37,518 bases of DNA from an uncultured Gammaproteobacteria bacterium (GCA_964423565.1 CAYREZ010000001.1:976-38493), one strand, 5' to 3'; shown: positions 8,774 to 17,193, counted from the stretch's first letter. Notes: generated from the sequence alone by a model not told the origin. Numbers and translations are program-made.

Positions 8774-10034
8774 ATACGAAGTAGATAATTAAGGATAAGA
8801 GTAGAAAGCTGGCTGAAAAAATCGACACATTAATTATTTGCAAAATATCTTTATGATACTTCACTATGCCGATTATTTGTACTATCGCAAATATAAGCGG
8901 GATTATCCATATTTTTACCCGCTCAACCGATAAGTAAAACGAGGTGATTATTGTGGTTAGTGTGAATATTAGAATAAAAATTCCGAAATTAATAAGGTAT
9001 TTTGACGCCTCTACATATTCACTTCCAAAAAGCACTGAAACCATCAGTTCGGGCAAAAGATAATAAAGAGTAAGTATTGCTATTCCCAATATACTAATCA
9101 TCAGGAAGCTTAAAATTAAAATTGACAAGTAAGGCTTTTTCTGGCCATATTTCTTTGCTATAATTGGAAAAGCAACTGCTGCAACTGGTCCTCCTGCATA
9201 AAAAATAATTTTACCAAGAGTTGATAGCGATGCATAAAAACCGGCATCATGGGCATTCAGGTAATGCTTAGCTAGCATGACATCGGTTGACATAAAAGAA
9301 TTATTTGCAATCGATATTAAAAAAACATAGAATGCGTAACTCATTATTTTTTTTGAATCATTATATTTAACAGTTTTATTCCTGGGACGGATATCGCGTA
9401 AATAATAATAACCCCAAATTACACCGAGAATTGACGAGACAAATAAACCCAATACAGCACCGAAGCTTTTAAAACCAAGGTAGATAAACATTAAGCCCAG
9501 AAACAATCTACCCAACAGGTCAACGTTTGCCAAAATTGCTACCTGCGTAAAACGCAGTAATCCTTGCAAAAATGAACGGATAGAAAATATTAGCAAGAAC
9601 AAAAATAGGGTTGGACCAATTAGTAAAACGGTTGCCAGCTCAATGTGTAAAAAATTGGCTAGCAGTGGCGTAGATAATGTGATTAAAAAGCCTATAGAAA
9701 ATCCGACAATTAGGATTCGTCTCAAAAACCATGCATATAACGATCCGAGATTCTTATTATCAGACACAGCGACGAATTTAGTTATAACTAAACCAAAAAA
9801 TGAAAAGGCAGTCGAAAACAAGGTTAATGCTGAAAGTGTTGCCGCCAGCTCTCCATATTCTGCAGGGCCAAGCAATCTTCCAATAATCAGATGGTAAATA
9901 TATGCGACAAAATTGGCAAAATTTGTACCGACTATCATTACCGCACTACCCGAAAACAATGGGTTGGACACAATACTTTGAGCTGATATTTTAGTACCGA
10001 AAATTGTAAAGTGAAAATTGTAAATTTTTTTCAT
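8736..10034 (-). CDS. MOP-superfamily oligosaccharide flippase (Wzx-like polysaccharide biosynthesis protein)
   Basis: About 430-aa protein with 12 or more hydrophobic helices. It sits in the usual polysaccharide-locus position. The track start at 10043 is TTG. The ATG at 10034 gives an ATGA overlap with the upstream stop at 10031-10033. Confidence 0.7.
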   Translation of the reverse strand: MKKIYNFHFTIFGTKISAQSIVSNPLFSGSAVMIVGTNFANFVAYIYHLIIGRLLGPAEYGELAATLSALTLFSTAFSFFGLVITKFVAVSDNKNLGSLYAWFLRRILIVGFSIGFLITLSTPLLANFLHIELATVLLIGPTLFLFLLIFSIRSFLQGLLRFTQVAILANVDLLGRLFLGLMFIYLGFKSFGAVLGLFVSSILGVIWGYYYLRDIRPRNKTVKYNDSKKIMSYAFYVFLISIANNSFMSTDVMLAKHYLNAHDAGFYASLSTLGKIIFYAGGPVAAVAFPIIAKKYGQKKPYLSILILSFLMISILGIAILTLYYLLPELMVSVLFGSEYVEASKYLINFGIFILIFTLTTIITSFYLSVERVKIWIIPLIFAIVQIIGIVKYHKDILQIINVSIFSASFLLLSLIIYFVYENRKSISTTQG

Positions 10035-11212
10035 GATATCCAATATCCCCTAACAAAAAGGGAAGTTGCTATACCTAAGCATATAAAAAGTAAAAGATAA
10101 ACACTACCTCTTACGATAACCGACTGCTTACTTAGGTATAGAGATAAAATAATAAACGCAGGAAAAAGAATAACTACATATCTGGGAAGGGATGAAAAAC
10201 TGCCTGAAAGTGTAGGAATGAGAAATGCCACAAGTAAATAAACTGCATAACTAAGTCTAATTCTGACTTTATTTAGTTTTCCAACAGCTGCCAATAACCC
10301 AAACACAACTAACAAACTAAAAATTACGGCTGTAAGAAATTCTAACCATGTAGTAAATACTACTGGAAAATATGAGTAATTGATATTCGGTAATATTTTA
10401 AAAATATATCTGTAAAATACTTGGGGTAGCAATATTAAATTTGAACTTCTTTGCTGGCCGTAAATAGCTACATTATGTAAAAAATCCAAAGCATCACCTG
10501 TATTTGTTTTGATATAAAACATGTACATTAATAACGTCATGGGAATTAACAAAATGGCACATAAACTTTTCACCAAATAGAGATTCCCAGACTTAATTTT
10601 TTTATTTTTTTGTAGTACATATAACTCCGCTAAAAGTGCTGGAAAAAGAGCGATTCCTACTAATCTGGTTATTGCTGCGAGTCCGCCCAGAGTTCCAACA
10701 AATAACCATTGTTCTCTTCGTGCGAAATAAAAAGTCCAAACTGACAATGCGAAAAACAAACTTTCACTATATAAACTTCCAAAATAAAAAGATGTCGGAA
10801 ATAATAAGATCAGTAAAAGTGTAGTTCTGACAATATTATCGGAATAATCTAATCTTACAAGTCTTATTAGTCCTATTAGTCCTATAAAAAAAGAGAGATT
10901 AGATATAATTAGACCTGAAAACGCATACCCCACGAACGCACTACCGAATAAGTTAGCAAGACTTCTGATTAATACCGGATATAAGGGAAAGAAGAAATAA
11001 GTCAGCGGTTTATACCCGTCTCTTGCAATTGCTAAGAAATGCTCTCCGTCAAAGTTTGCCCATGACCAGAGATATGGATATAACAAATAATTTACCCTTC
11101 CTCCTCCCAAAAAATTCACCTGAAGGGGTACTACCGATATCGCAATTAGAAGAATAATAAAAAGAAGTAATCTCCATGTTAAATAATAAACTATAAGTTC
11201 TTTAAATCGCAT
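10031..11212 (-). CDS. GT-C fold membrane mannosyltransferase-like protein (PIG-V / Mannosyl_trans2-like)
   Basis: Polytopic membrane protein. The N-terminal loop motif WANFDGEHFLAIARDGYKPLTYFFFPLYP matches the W-D-x-x-x-[FY]-x-x-IA-x-x-GY...FFPL signature of the PIG-V/GPI-mannosyltransferase-2 family. The first ATG is at 11212 (the track start at 11227 is TTG). Confidence 0.6.
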   Translation of the reverse strand: MRFKELIVYYLTWRLLLFIILLIAISVVPLQVNFLGGGRVNYLLYPYLWSWANFDGEHFLAIARDGYKPLTYFFFPLYPVLIRSLANLFGSAFVGYAFSGLIISNLSFFIGLIGLIRLVRLDYSDNIVRTTLLLILLFPTSFYFGSLYSESLFFALSVWTFYFARREQWLFVGTLGGLAAITRLVGIALFPALLAELYVLQKNKKIKSGNLYLVKSLCAILLIPMTLLMYMFYIKTNTGDALDFLHNVAIYGQQRSSNLILLPQVFYRYIFKILPNINYSYFPVVFTTWLEFLTAVIFSLLVVFGLLAAVGKLNKVRIRLSYAVYLLVAFLIPTLSGSFSSLPRYVVILFPAFIILSLYLSKQSVIVRGSVYLLLFICLGIATSLFVRGYWIS

Positions 11213-11231
11213 AGTCCCTATATACAAAATG

Positions 11232-12272
11232 CTAACTCCTGTTTACCGATTTATACACTTTTAAGGTTTCTTTAGCTGTTTTTTCCCAAGAAAAATCTTT
11301 TACTCGATTAAACCCTTTCTTAATTAAGTGAGCTTTAGTACTTTTATTCTCAAGTATTTCAGCTATTTTATTAGCCAAATTTTTCGGATTCCTCGGGTCG
11401 ACTATAAGGGCTGCACCGTCAGCGATTTCCACTAGTGCTTGGGTTTTCGATATCACAACAGGTACACCGCAAGCGAACGCATTAACGACTCCAATCCCGA
11501 AACCTTCGTAGAAGGATGGCTGGCAATATACTGAAGCCAAACTATAAATTTCAAACAATTCTTCATTTGATACATAACCAACTCTTAATACATTGGGATT
11601 ATTTCGATATTTATTCAAAAATGTTGAAAATGACTGATTTTCGGGATGATTTAAATCCACTTTTTCATCAACCGCCTGTTTCCCCACTATAATCAGGGGA
11701 ATTTTCACTAGACTACAAGCATCTGTTAAGGTTACAATATTTTTGTTGTAATTAACGTCTCCGACATAAAGTACAAATTTTTTAGGTAAATTATACTTTT
11801 CAACAACCGACGTAGAATTATTTTTTTTCTTAAATTCCAGGTTTGGAGCCAAATAAATTACGTCGATTTTAGTACTCGGTACGTCTAAAAGTCTTACAAT
11901 ATCTTTTTTCGATGTCTCGGAATTAGTCACGACTCTATCGACACTTTTAAGAAGAAACTTTTGTTGAAAAAGCTTGATCTTACCTCTTATTCCCGGTGGA
12001 TAATGATCAGGATAGATCAAAGGTATACAGTCATGAATCATAACTATGGTTTTGGTATTTTTGAACAATTTAGGGCGAGAGAAATATACGCGAAAGTCGG
12101 TATGATGAAGAATGTCATAAGTAGCAAGTTTGGGATCATTTATTGTGGTAAGACCCAAACTAAGATTGTCAGTTTTTAACTGCTTAATAGAATCGTACAA
12201 TTTCTTAGTATAAACACCGATTCCACGCACCGAATCGGCCTTACCGCTTTCCGTAACCAATGCTACTCTCAT
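11232..12272 (-). CDS. GT4-family glycosyltransferase
   Basis: Contains YEGFGIGVVNAFACGVPVVIS (E-x7-E). The likely start is the ATG at 12272 (MRVALVTESG...), which gives a typical GT4 N-terminus. The track ORF extends to 12308. Confidence 0.85.
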   Translation of the reverse strand: MRVALVTESGKADSVRGIGVYTKKLYDSIKQLKTDNLSLGLTTINDPKLATYDILHHTDFRVYFSRPKLFKNTKTIVMIHDCIPLIYPDHYPPGIRGKIKLFQQKFLLKSVDRVVTNSETSKKDIVRLLDVPSTKIDVIYLAPNLEFKKKNNSTSVVEKYNLPKKFVLYVGDVNYNKNIVTLTDACSLVKIPLIIVGKQAVDEKVDLNHPENQSFSTFLNKYRNNPNVLRVGYVSNEELFEIYSLASVYCQPSFYEGFGIGVVNAFACGVPVVISKTQALVEIADGAALIVDPRNPKNLANKIAEILENKSTKAHLIKKGFNRVKDFSWEKTAKETLKVYKSVNRS

Positions 12273-12391
12273 GAAGATATTATATCCTGAAGTTTGGCTT
12301 CCCTCCAATCACTGATCACTTCATATAAATAGCCGTCAATCCTCCGAGCACATATTTTTATATTTAATATCCACATTTTTTAGCATAAATA

Positions 12392-12400
12392 TGATATAAT
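12392..12400 (+). promoter_or_regulatory. possible extended -10 promoter element (TGATATAAT) for the epimerase gene
   Basis: TG-n-TATAAT lies at 12392-12400, 11 nt upstream of the ATG at 12412. That would give a very short or absent leader. I saw no convincing -35 element. TATAAT-like strings are common in AT-rich DNA. Confidence 0.3.
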
Positions 12401-12411
12401 TGTCCTATATT

Positions 12412-13233
12412 ATGAGAAAAGAAACACCTAGTATCGGAGAAGCACAAGAACGAATTGGCATCCCAAAAGAAATACTATTAATAAACGGTGATACTAAGGT
12501 TCTTGTGTTAACAGAGGGTGCGATGATCACCAAATTTACGGTAAGCAGTACAGATATTCTTTATCCCGATCAAGTAATTGAGACCGTAAAAGGTCCCAAA
12601 CGAAGGGGTGGTATACCCCTGCTTTACCCTCAAGCCGGTCCGATTACTGAAGACGGTGAAGAATTTAGACTATCCCAACACGGCTTTGCTAGAGATCAAG
12701 AATGGGAAGTTACTGAACTTGGAGAAAATAATGACACCGTAACACTTAGGTTAATTTCAAATGAAGAAACAAGAAAAATGTTTCCTTACGACTTTGAATT
12801 GAATTATAAAATTACAGCACTGGAAACTGGCTTAAGAGCTGAGTTAGTAGTTTTGAATAAATCCGACAAGAAAATGCCAGTAGCACCGGGTTTCCATCCT
12901 TACTTTAATATTCCCGTTGAAGATAAACCTGAAATAACAACTAACATTGTGGGGTTCGAACCCGACAAGTATGACTGGAACAGTTCACAAATGTATGGAA
13001 TGCCTCATCCAACTATTTTTAAATACCCCGGCAATGAAATAGAAATACAGTCTTCTCCTGAGCTAAAGACAATGATGATTTGGTCGGAACAAAAAGGTGA
13101 TTACGTGTGTTTTGAACCTTGGACCGGTAGAGTTAATGTACTACAGGATCCCGACAAAAGGTTAGAGGTTAAACCTAACGAATCCCAAACTGTATTTATT
13201 GAAATAAACCATAAAGACGTTGAAAGTATTTAA
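12412..13233 (+). CDS. aldose 1-epimerase family protein (hexose-6-phosphate mutarotase-like)
   Basis: Contains RRGGIPLLYPQAGP and LSQHGFARDQEWEV, as in YeaD/galactose-mutarotase-like proteins. First ATG at 12412 (the track uses TTG at 12400). Confidence 0.75.
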   Translation: MRKETPSIGEAQERIGIPKEILLINGDTKVLVLTEGAMITKFTVSSTDILYPDQVIETVKGPKRRGGIPLLYPQAGPITEDGEEFRLSQHGFARDQEWEVTELGENNDTVTLRLISNEETRKMFPYDFELNYKITALETGLRAELVVLNKSDKKMPVAPGFHPYFNIPVEDKPEITTNIVGFEPDKYDWNSSQMYGMPHPTIFKYPGNEIEIQSSPELKTMMIWSEQKGDYVCFEPWTGRVNVLQDPDKRLEVKPNESQTVFIEINHKDVESI

Positions 13234-13391
13234 AAATACCCTTTTCCTTCATTTTCTTTTAACAACGCTAAAAAAAATAATGGAAATTTCTTAAATTGTG
13301 ATCTTTTTCCAAATCAAAATACCCTCATCCTTACTTGTGCCGTAATTACAATAGAAGTTCCCATAAACCATCTATTTTAAACTTAAATTGT

Positions 13392-14138
13392 TTACGTTTT
13401 TCCTTTTTTACTTTCTTCAAAATAATGTCTCGGGTATATCGGCGTCTCCGGCTCGAATGAATCGCGTTTTATTTTAGTTACTATATGTTCAGCTAACCAA
13501 ACCGGATCTAGGTATTTCTTACCCTTTTTTTGTTTTAGGATTTTATCTTCCAATGTCAAAGGACCAAAAGACGTCAATACACTTCCTAAGATTAAATGGA
13601 CAAAGTGAATATTAGTTTTAGAGTATTCTTTAGCAATTGATAGCATTAAACCCCTAAGTGCGAACTTCGAAGCACAATATGCGGACCTGCCCGGTAAAGC
13701 AACCTTTCCCATGCCCGAACCCATACTGATGACGTATGCGTTTTCGGATTTAGCCAAAAGATGTAGAAGTCTATGGGTAGTCAAAAACGCCGCATCAACA
13801 TTCACCATAAATGATTTTTTCCACTCATCATATTCTAGCTCAGAAAACTTTTTATAGACTCCGATTCCTGCAGCATTAAATAAGATATCTACTTTTATTG
13901 CTTCCTTTTCGAGAAACTTCGCCAAACCTGCAGTCGATGTTTCACTGGTCAAATCGGCTATATAAATATTTGCTCTTCCGCCGTGCTCTTCAATACTTTC
14001 TTTCAAACCTTTCAAAACAATTTCATTTCTTGCGACCAAAAAAACGCGAGCACCTTCCCGGGCTAAAACTTTTGATATCTCGCGCCCGATCCCTCCGCTT
14101 GCCCCGGCTACTACCACAATTTTATCTTTAAGCTGCAT
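13392..14138 (-). CDS. SDR-family oxidoreductase
   Basis: Contains KIVVVAGASGGIGREI (Rossmann motif) and YCASKFALRGL (YxxxK). The ATG at 14138 (MQLKDKIVVV...) is preferred over the GTG at 14156. Confidence 0.85.
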   Translation of the reverse strand: MQLKDKIVVVAGASGGIGREISKVLAREGARVFLVARNEIVLKGLKESIEEHGGRANIYIADLTSETSTAGLAKFLEKEAIKVDILFNAAGIGVYKKFSELEYDEWKKSFMVNVDAAFLTTHRLLHLLAKSENAYVISMGSGMGKVALPGRSAYCASKFALRGLMLSIAKEYSKTNIHFVHLILGSVLTSFGPLTLEDKILKQKKGKKYLDPVWLAEHIVTKIKRDSFEPETPIYPRHYFEESKKGKT

Positions 14139-14180
14139 CAATCGTAATAATATCACTCAGATAAGAATATTTGAACCTTG

Positions 14181-14201
14181 CAAGGAGAATCCTTTAAAGG
14201 T
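14181..14201 (+). repeat. REP-like 21-mer, copy 1 (upstream of transposase gene)
   Basis: CAAGGAGAATCCTTTAAAGGT. It can fold as AAGGA-GAA-TCCTT, or through the perfect palindrome CCTTTAAAGG. It is preceded by a second palindrome, CCTTGCAAGG (14176-14185). Confidence 0.8.
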
Positions 14202-14211
14202 AACATAAGTC

Positions 14212-14895
14212 GTGCCTAGTAGAAATGTAATTAAAATTTACATAGAAAACGGTTACTACCATATTTATAATCGCGGAGTTGAGAAACGAATAATCTTTAA
14301 GGATACACAGGATTATAAAGTTTTTTTAACATACCTTAAGGAATACCTCTCACCACCACCTAAACCGGAACATATAAAAACTATATTCATCTTACAAGGA
14401 GAATCCTTTAAAGGTATTAAAAGACAGCCAAAGAACTACTATAAAGAAATCGAACTTATTTCCTATTGCCTGATGCCAAACCACTTCCATCTGTTAATAA
14501 AACAGGTTTCAAAATATTCTATAGAAAAATTTATAAGATCTTTAGCTACGCGCTATTCAGTATTTTTCAATAAGAAATACAACAGAGTTGGTAGTTTATT
14601 CCAAGGTCCATATAAAGCTGTATTAATTTCAAGTGAAAATTATTTGCTACACTTGAGCAGGTATATACATCTTAACCCTTCGGAATATACTGACGATCTA
14701 ATTAACTCATATTCGTCATATGCAGCTTATTTAGGATTACGTAGAACAAATTGGGTTAATTCCGATATTGTTCTAAATTACTTTAATAAACCTGTTGTAA
14801 AAGATTTTATAAAAGTAAATACTTATAAGCGTTTTGTAGAAAAATATAAAAAGGATTCTAGAAAACTTCTAGGGAAATTAACTCTCGAAAATTAA
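14212..14895 (+). CDS. IS200-like Y1 (HUH) transposase / REP-associated tyrosine transposase (RAYT)-like protein
   Basis: 227-aa ORF with a GTG start. Contains YHIYNRGVEKRIIF, the HUH motif YCLMPNHFHLLIK, GSLFQGPYKAVLI, and the catalytic-Tyr region LHLSRYIHLNP. Confidence 0.8.
   Translation: MPSRNVIKIYIENGYYHIYNRGVEKRIIFKDTQDYKVFLTYLKEYLSPPPKPEHIKTIFILQGESFKGIKRQPKNYYKEIELISYCLMPNHFHLLIKQVSKYSIEKFIRSLATRYSVFFNKKYNRVGSLFQGPYKAVLISSENYLLHLSRYIHLNPSEYTDDLINSYSSYAAYLGLRRTNWVNSDIVLNYFNKPVVKDFIKVNTYKRFVEKYKKDSRKLLGKLTLEN
14389..14425 (+). repeat. REP-like repeat, copy 2 (37-nt extended form, inside the transposase CDS)
   Basis: AACTATATTCATCTTACAAGGAGAATCCTTTAAAGGT matches 14894-14930 at 34/37 positions. 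It is translated as ...TIFILQGESFKG... Confidence 0.8.
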
Positions 14896-14930
14896 CTATA
14901 TTCACCTCTCAAGGAGAATCCTTTAAAGGT
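14894..14930 (+). repeat. REP-like repeat, copy 3 (37-nt extended form, downstream of transposase gene)
   Basis: AACTATATTCACCTCTCAAGGAGAATCCTTTAAAGGT. Its start overlaps the transposase stop codon (14893-14895). Its last base overlaps the stop codon of the convergent GT2 gene (14930-14932). Confidence 0.8.
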
Positions 14931-15850
14931 CAAGATTTAACACTTTGCCAATACTTAAAATAAGCAATCGGGTAACGTAATGCAGAAAAAACTGACCAGA
15001 TAAAGCCGCGCATACCGTCTAAGTATCCTTTATGCCTCAGGTAGAGTAATAGAAAGAGATAGAAAGGTTTAATAAATGAGAAATATAAAAGATGTATGAT
15101 GCTACGCTTGGACTTAAACTTAATCTTAAACTCTTTTGCCTGTAGGTCGGTATACCGATTCAGTCTCTCCAAGTACCGGCTAAATGTTGGGGATTCATGG
15201 TGTTCTAAGTCGTTAAAGAGCCATGCAACTTCCCCATCAACTTCCATTAGTTCATGAACCGACTTTGCCGGAAATTTTGCCTTACCGAACTTTACTAGTC
15301 TTATAACTCCGTCTGGATAAACTCCTGCGTGAACCAGTTGTTTACCTAAAAAAAAGTTTCTGCGTGGGATGAAAAATGCAACAATCTCGCCGCTTTCCGT
15401 TCCAATATGACCTTCCCGCTTTTCAATTAACTTTTGGTGCCTCAAAAAAAGTTCATATAACTCATTTTTTTCATTACACTTTCGTTCAAACTGATCACGG
15501 ACAATTTGATTGTTTTCAAATTTAACAACTTCTTTAATCTCTTCCCCCAACTTAGGTGTTACCCTCTCATCAGCATCTAATTGGAGTATCCAATTCCCGC
15601 TTGCCGCACTCAATGCCTTTTGTTTGGTAATATGGAATATTGGTTCGTGTTTTACAGTAAAAACTTTTGCTCCATACTTTTTGGCAATTTCAGGTGTTTT
15701 ATCGCTTGACTCCTCGTCAAAAATGATAATTTCATCTGCAATATATTTTATCGATTCAAGACATTCACCAATATTTTGCTCTTCGTTTCTTGTTGCTAAA
15801 ACAACCGAAAGTGTTTTATGAGATAAGGGTCGAAGATTATGTTTTTTCAT
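14930..15850 (-). CDS. GT2-family glycosyltransferase
   Basis: 306-aa ORF. Contains LSVVLATRNEEQNIGECLESIKYIADEIIIFDEESSDKTPEIAKKYGAKV and LQLDADE (DxD). Confidence 0.8.
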   Translation of the reverse strand: MKKHNLRPLSHKTLSVVLATRNEEQNIGECLESIKYIADEIIIFDEESSDKTPEIAKKYGAKVFTVKHEPIFHITKQKALSAASGNWILQLDADERVTPKLGEEIKEVVKFENNQIVRDQFERKCNEKNELYELFLRHQKLIEKREGHIGTESGEIVAFFIPRRNFFLGKQLVHAGVYPDGVIRLVKFGKAKFPAKSVHELMEVDGEVAWLFNDLEHHESPTFSRYLERLNRYTDLQAKEFKIKFKSKRSIIHLLYFSFIKPFYLFLLLYLRHKGYLDGMRGFIWSVFSALRYPIAYFKYWQSVKS

Positions 15851-15867
15851 TTTTTATATTCTCGCGA

Positions 15868-17157
15868 CTAAAAACCTAAATCGCTTAATATCAGCTTTGC
15901 AACGGTTTCGCCGTTCTCAATTGCATAATTAGTACCGCGGTCCCAGGGATAAACCTGTTGAATATTGCAAAGGTAAAGTCCTTTAATCGGAGTAACGAAT
16001 GCCGGAACATTTTTGGAGTAATTGAGCGGAATTATCGGTTGGGCAAATGGGGCTTTAAATACAAACCCCTTTGTTATCCAAGATCTATCGAACTTCGGAT
16101 TAATCGTTTTTAAGAATGGATAAAATTCTCTAAGTAAATCACCGATATCTTTCTGATAGTAGGGATGTTCGTGCGGCAAATAATTTCCGATATATATTAG
16201 GTGTTCTCCACCGTAATGTTTACTCTTCATAAAATTTGTATGTTCAACAATTGCAAGGAAAGGGAAATGACTGGCATTTATATTTAACCAATAAGTTCCA
16301 TCTTCCAAGAATGGCTGCTTTAATGATAAAAGAAGATTAACAGCTCCAATTCCCTTAAGATCGAGCAGTTTCTTAACATAATTTTCTGGCAACCTCTTTG
16401 TAATTTTCACAAATAAAGATGATGGCAGGGTACAGATAACCTTGTCGTATTCATAACTTTCCTTATTCGTTTCGATAATTATTTTTTTTGTTTTTTCATC
16501 TAAGTAAATACCTCTTACTGGTGTTTTATAAAAGATATTTCCTCTATACTTTTTTATTAATTCATCTAAATGCTCGGCGAATGCTAAAAAACCTCCTTCG
16601 GGATAGCCTAAAGAGGCGGTTCTTTTTTTAATTCTTGCCCAAAACCACGAGGCAGCAATTTCGCGGGAAAAGGATGAGAATTTTTTATCAAAAAGCGGTT
16701 TCCATAATATATCCCAGGATTTCGTACCCATAAAACGCTTCAAAAAGTTCTCAGAAGAAGTCCCTTCCAGCCAAGTCCCTAACGGAATAAGTTTTAAAAT
16801 AGCCAGTATTAAGCCGGTCCTCAATCTATCGATAAAATTCAATTTATTAAATAAAAGCAAACTTAATGGTGAATCTAATTGGTATATTTTTCCTTCAATA
16901 AAGGTAGAGGTTTTAGGCCTTGTCACTTCTACCTTGTGTCCAATTTCTTTGGCTAAATCAAATGCCAAACTATCATTTGTAAACCAGTGGTGATAATGTG
17001 CTTCCATTGTCCATTTCCAATTCGGTTGTTTAAATCCAACAGCTAATCCACCCGGTTTACTATCCGATTCAAAAATTGTCACATCAACTCCATTTTTTGC
17101 TAGACGGTGACCAGCTGCCAATCCCCCAAAACCTGCCCCAATAATTGCTACTTTCAT
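15868..17157 (-). CDS. FAD/NAD(P)-binding oxidoreductase (amine-oxidase / phytoene-desaturase-like superfamily)
   Basis: 429-aa ORF. The N-terminal dinucleotide fold is MKVAIIGAGFGGLAAGHRLAKNGVDVTIFESDSKPGGLA. A mid-protein LGYPEGGF motif is present. The C-terminal GLYLCN...DRGTNYAIENGETVA matches the FAD-binding tail of this superfamily. Confidence 0.8.
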   Translation of the reverse strand: MKVAIIGAGFGGLAAGHRLAKNGVDVTIFESDSKPGGLAVGFKQPNWKWTMEAHYHHWFTNDSLAFDLAKEIGHKVEVTRPKTSTFIEGKIYQLDSPLSLLLFNKLNFIDRLRTGLILAILKLIPLGTWLEGTSSENFLKRFMGTKSWDILWKPLFDKKFSSFSREIAASWFWARIKKRTASLGYPEGGFLAFAEHLDELIKKYRGNIFYKTPVRGIYLDEKTKKIIIETNKESYEYDKVICTLPSSLFVKITKRLPENYVKKLLDLKGIGAVNLLLSLKQPFLEDGTYWLNINASHFPFLAIVEHTNFMKSKHYGGEHLIYIGNYLPHEHPYYQKDIGDLLREFYPFLKTINPKFDRSWITKGFVFKAPFAQPIIPLNYSKNVPAFVTPIKGLYLCNIQQVYPWDRGTNYAIENGETVAKLILSDLGF

Positions 17158-17193
17158 ATAATTGCTTCGGCTTCACCAATGATTGCTATGACA

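Larger units (their letters stand above)
14166..14930 (+). mobile_element. IS200/IS605-like or RAYT-type unit: a single Y1 (HUH) transposase gene bracketed by direct copies of a hairpin-forming repeat
   Basis: About 765 bp, which is IS200-sized. CAAGGAGAATCCTTTAAAGGT occurs on the same strand 11 nt before the GTG start and 15 nt after the stop, and once inside the gene. The exact ends are not determinable from one copy. Confidence 0.55.

Noticed and set aside
13270-13311. Possible intrinsic terminator for the minus-strand SDR gene: TGGAAA...TTTCCA stem followed by TTA and a T8 run on the minus strand.
   Set aside because: The stem is only 6 AT-rich base pairs with a 19-nt loop, which gives weak predicted stability. 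I could not support it as a feature. No better terminator is visible in the convergent gap at 13234-13391.
14182-14187. AAGGAG inside the 21-nt repeat acting as the Shine-Dalgarno sequence of the transposase gene.
   Set aside because: There is a 24-nt gap between it and the GTG start at 14212, far beyond functional SD spacing. The same hexamer is also present in the internal and downstream copies, where no gene starts.
15868-17157. The FAD protein as UDP-galactopyranose mutase (Glf), since ...HYHHWFTND... loosely resembles the HKYGAHIFHTND region of Glf.
   Set aside because: The rest of the protein does not follow the Glf pattern as I recall it. The LGYPEGGF mid-motif, the 429-aa length and the C-terminal G-x-Y-L-x-N...G...A tail instead match the amine-oxidase/phytoene-desaturase-like layout. 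I left it as a generic FAD oxidoreductase.
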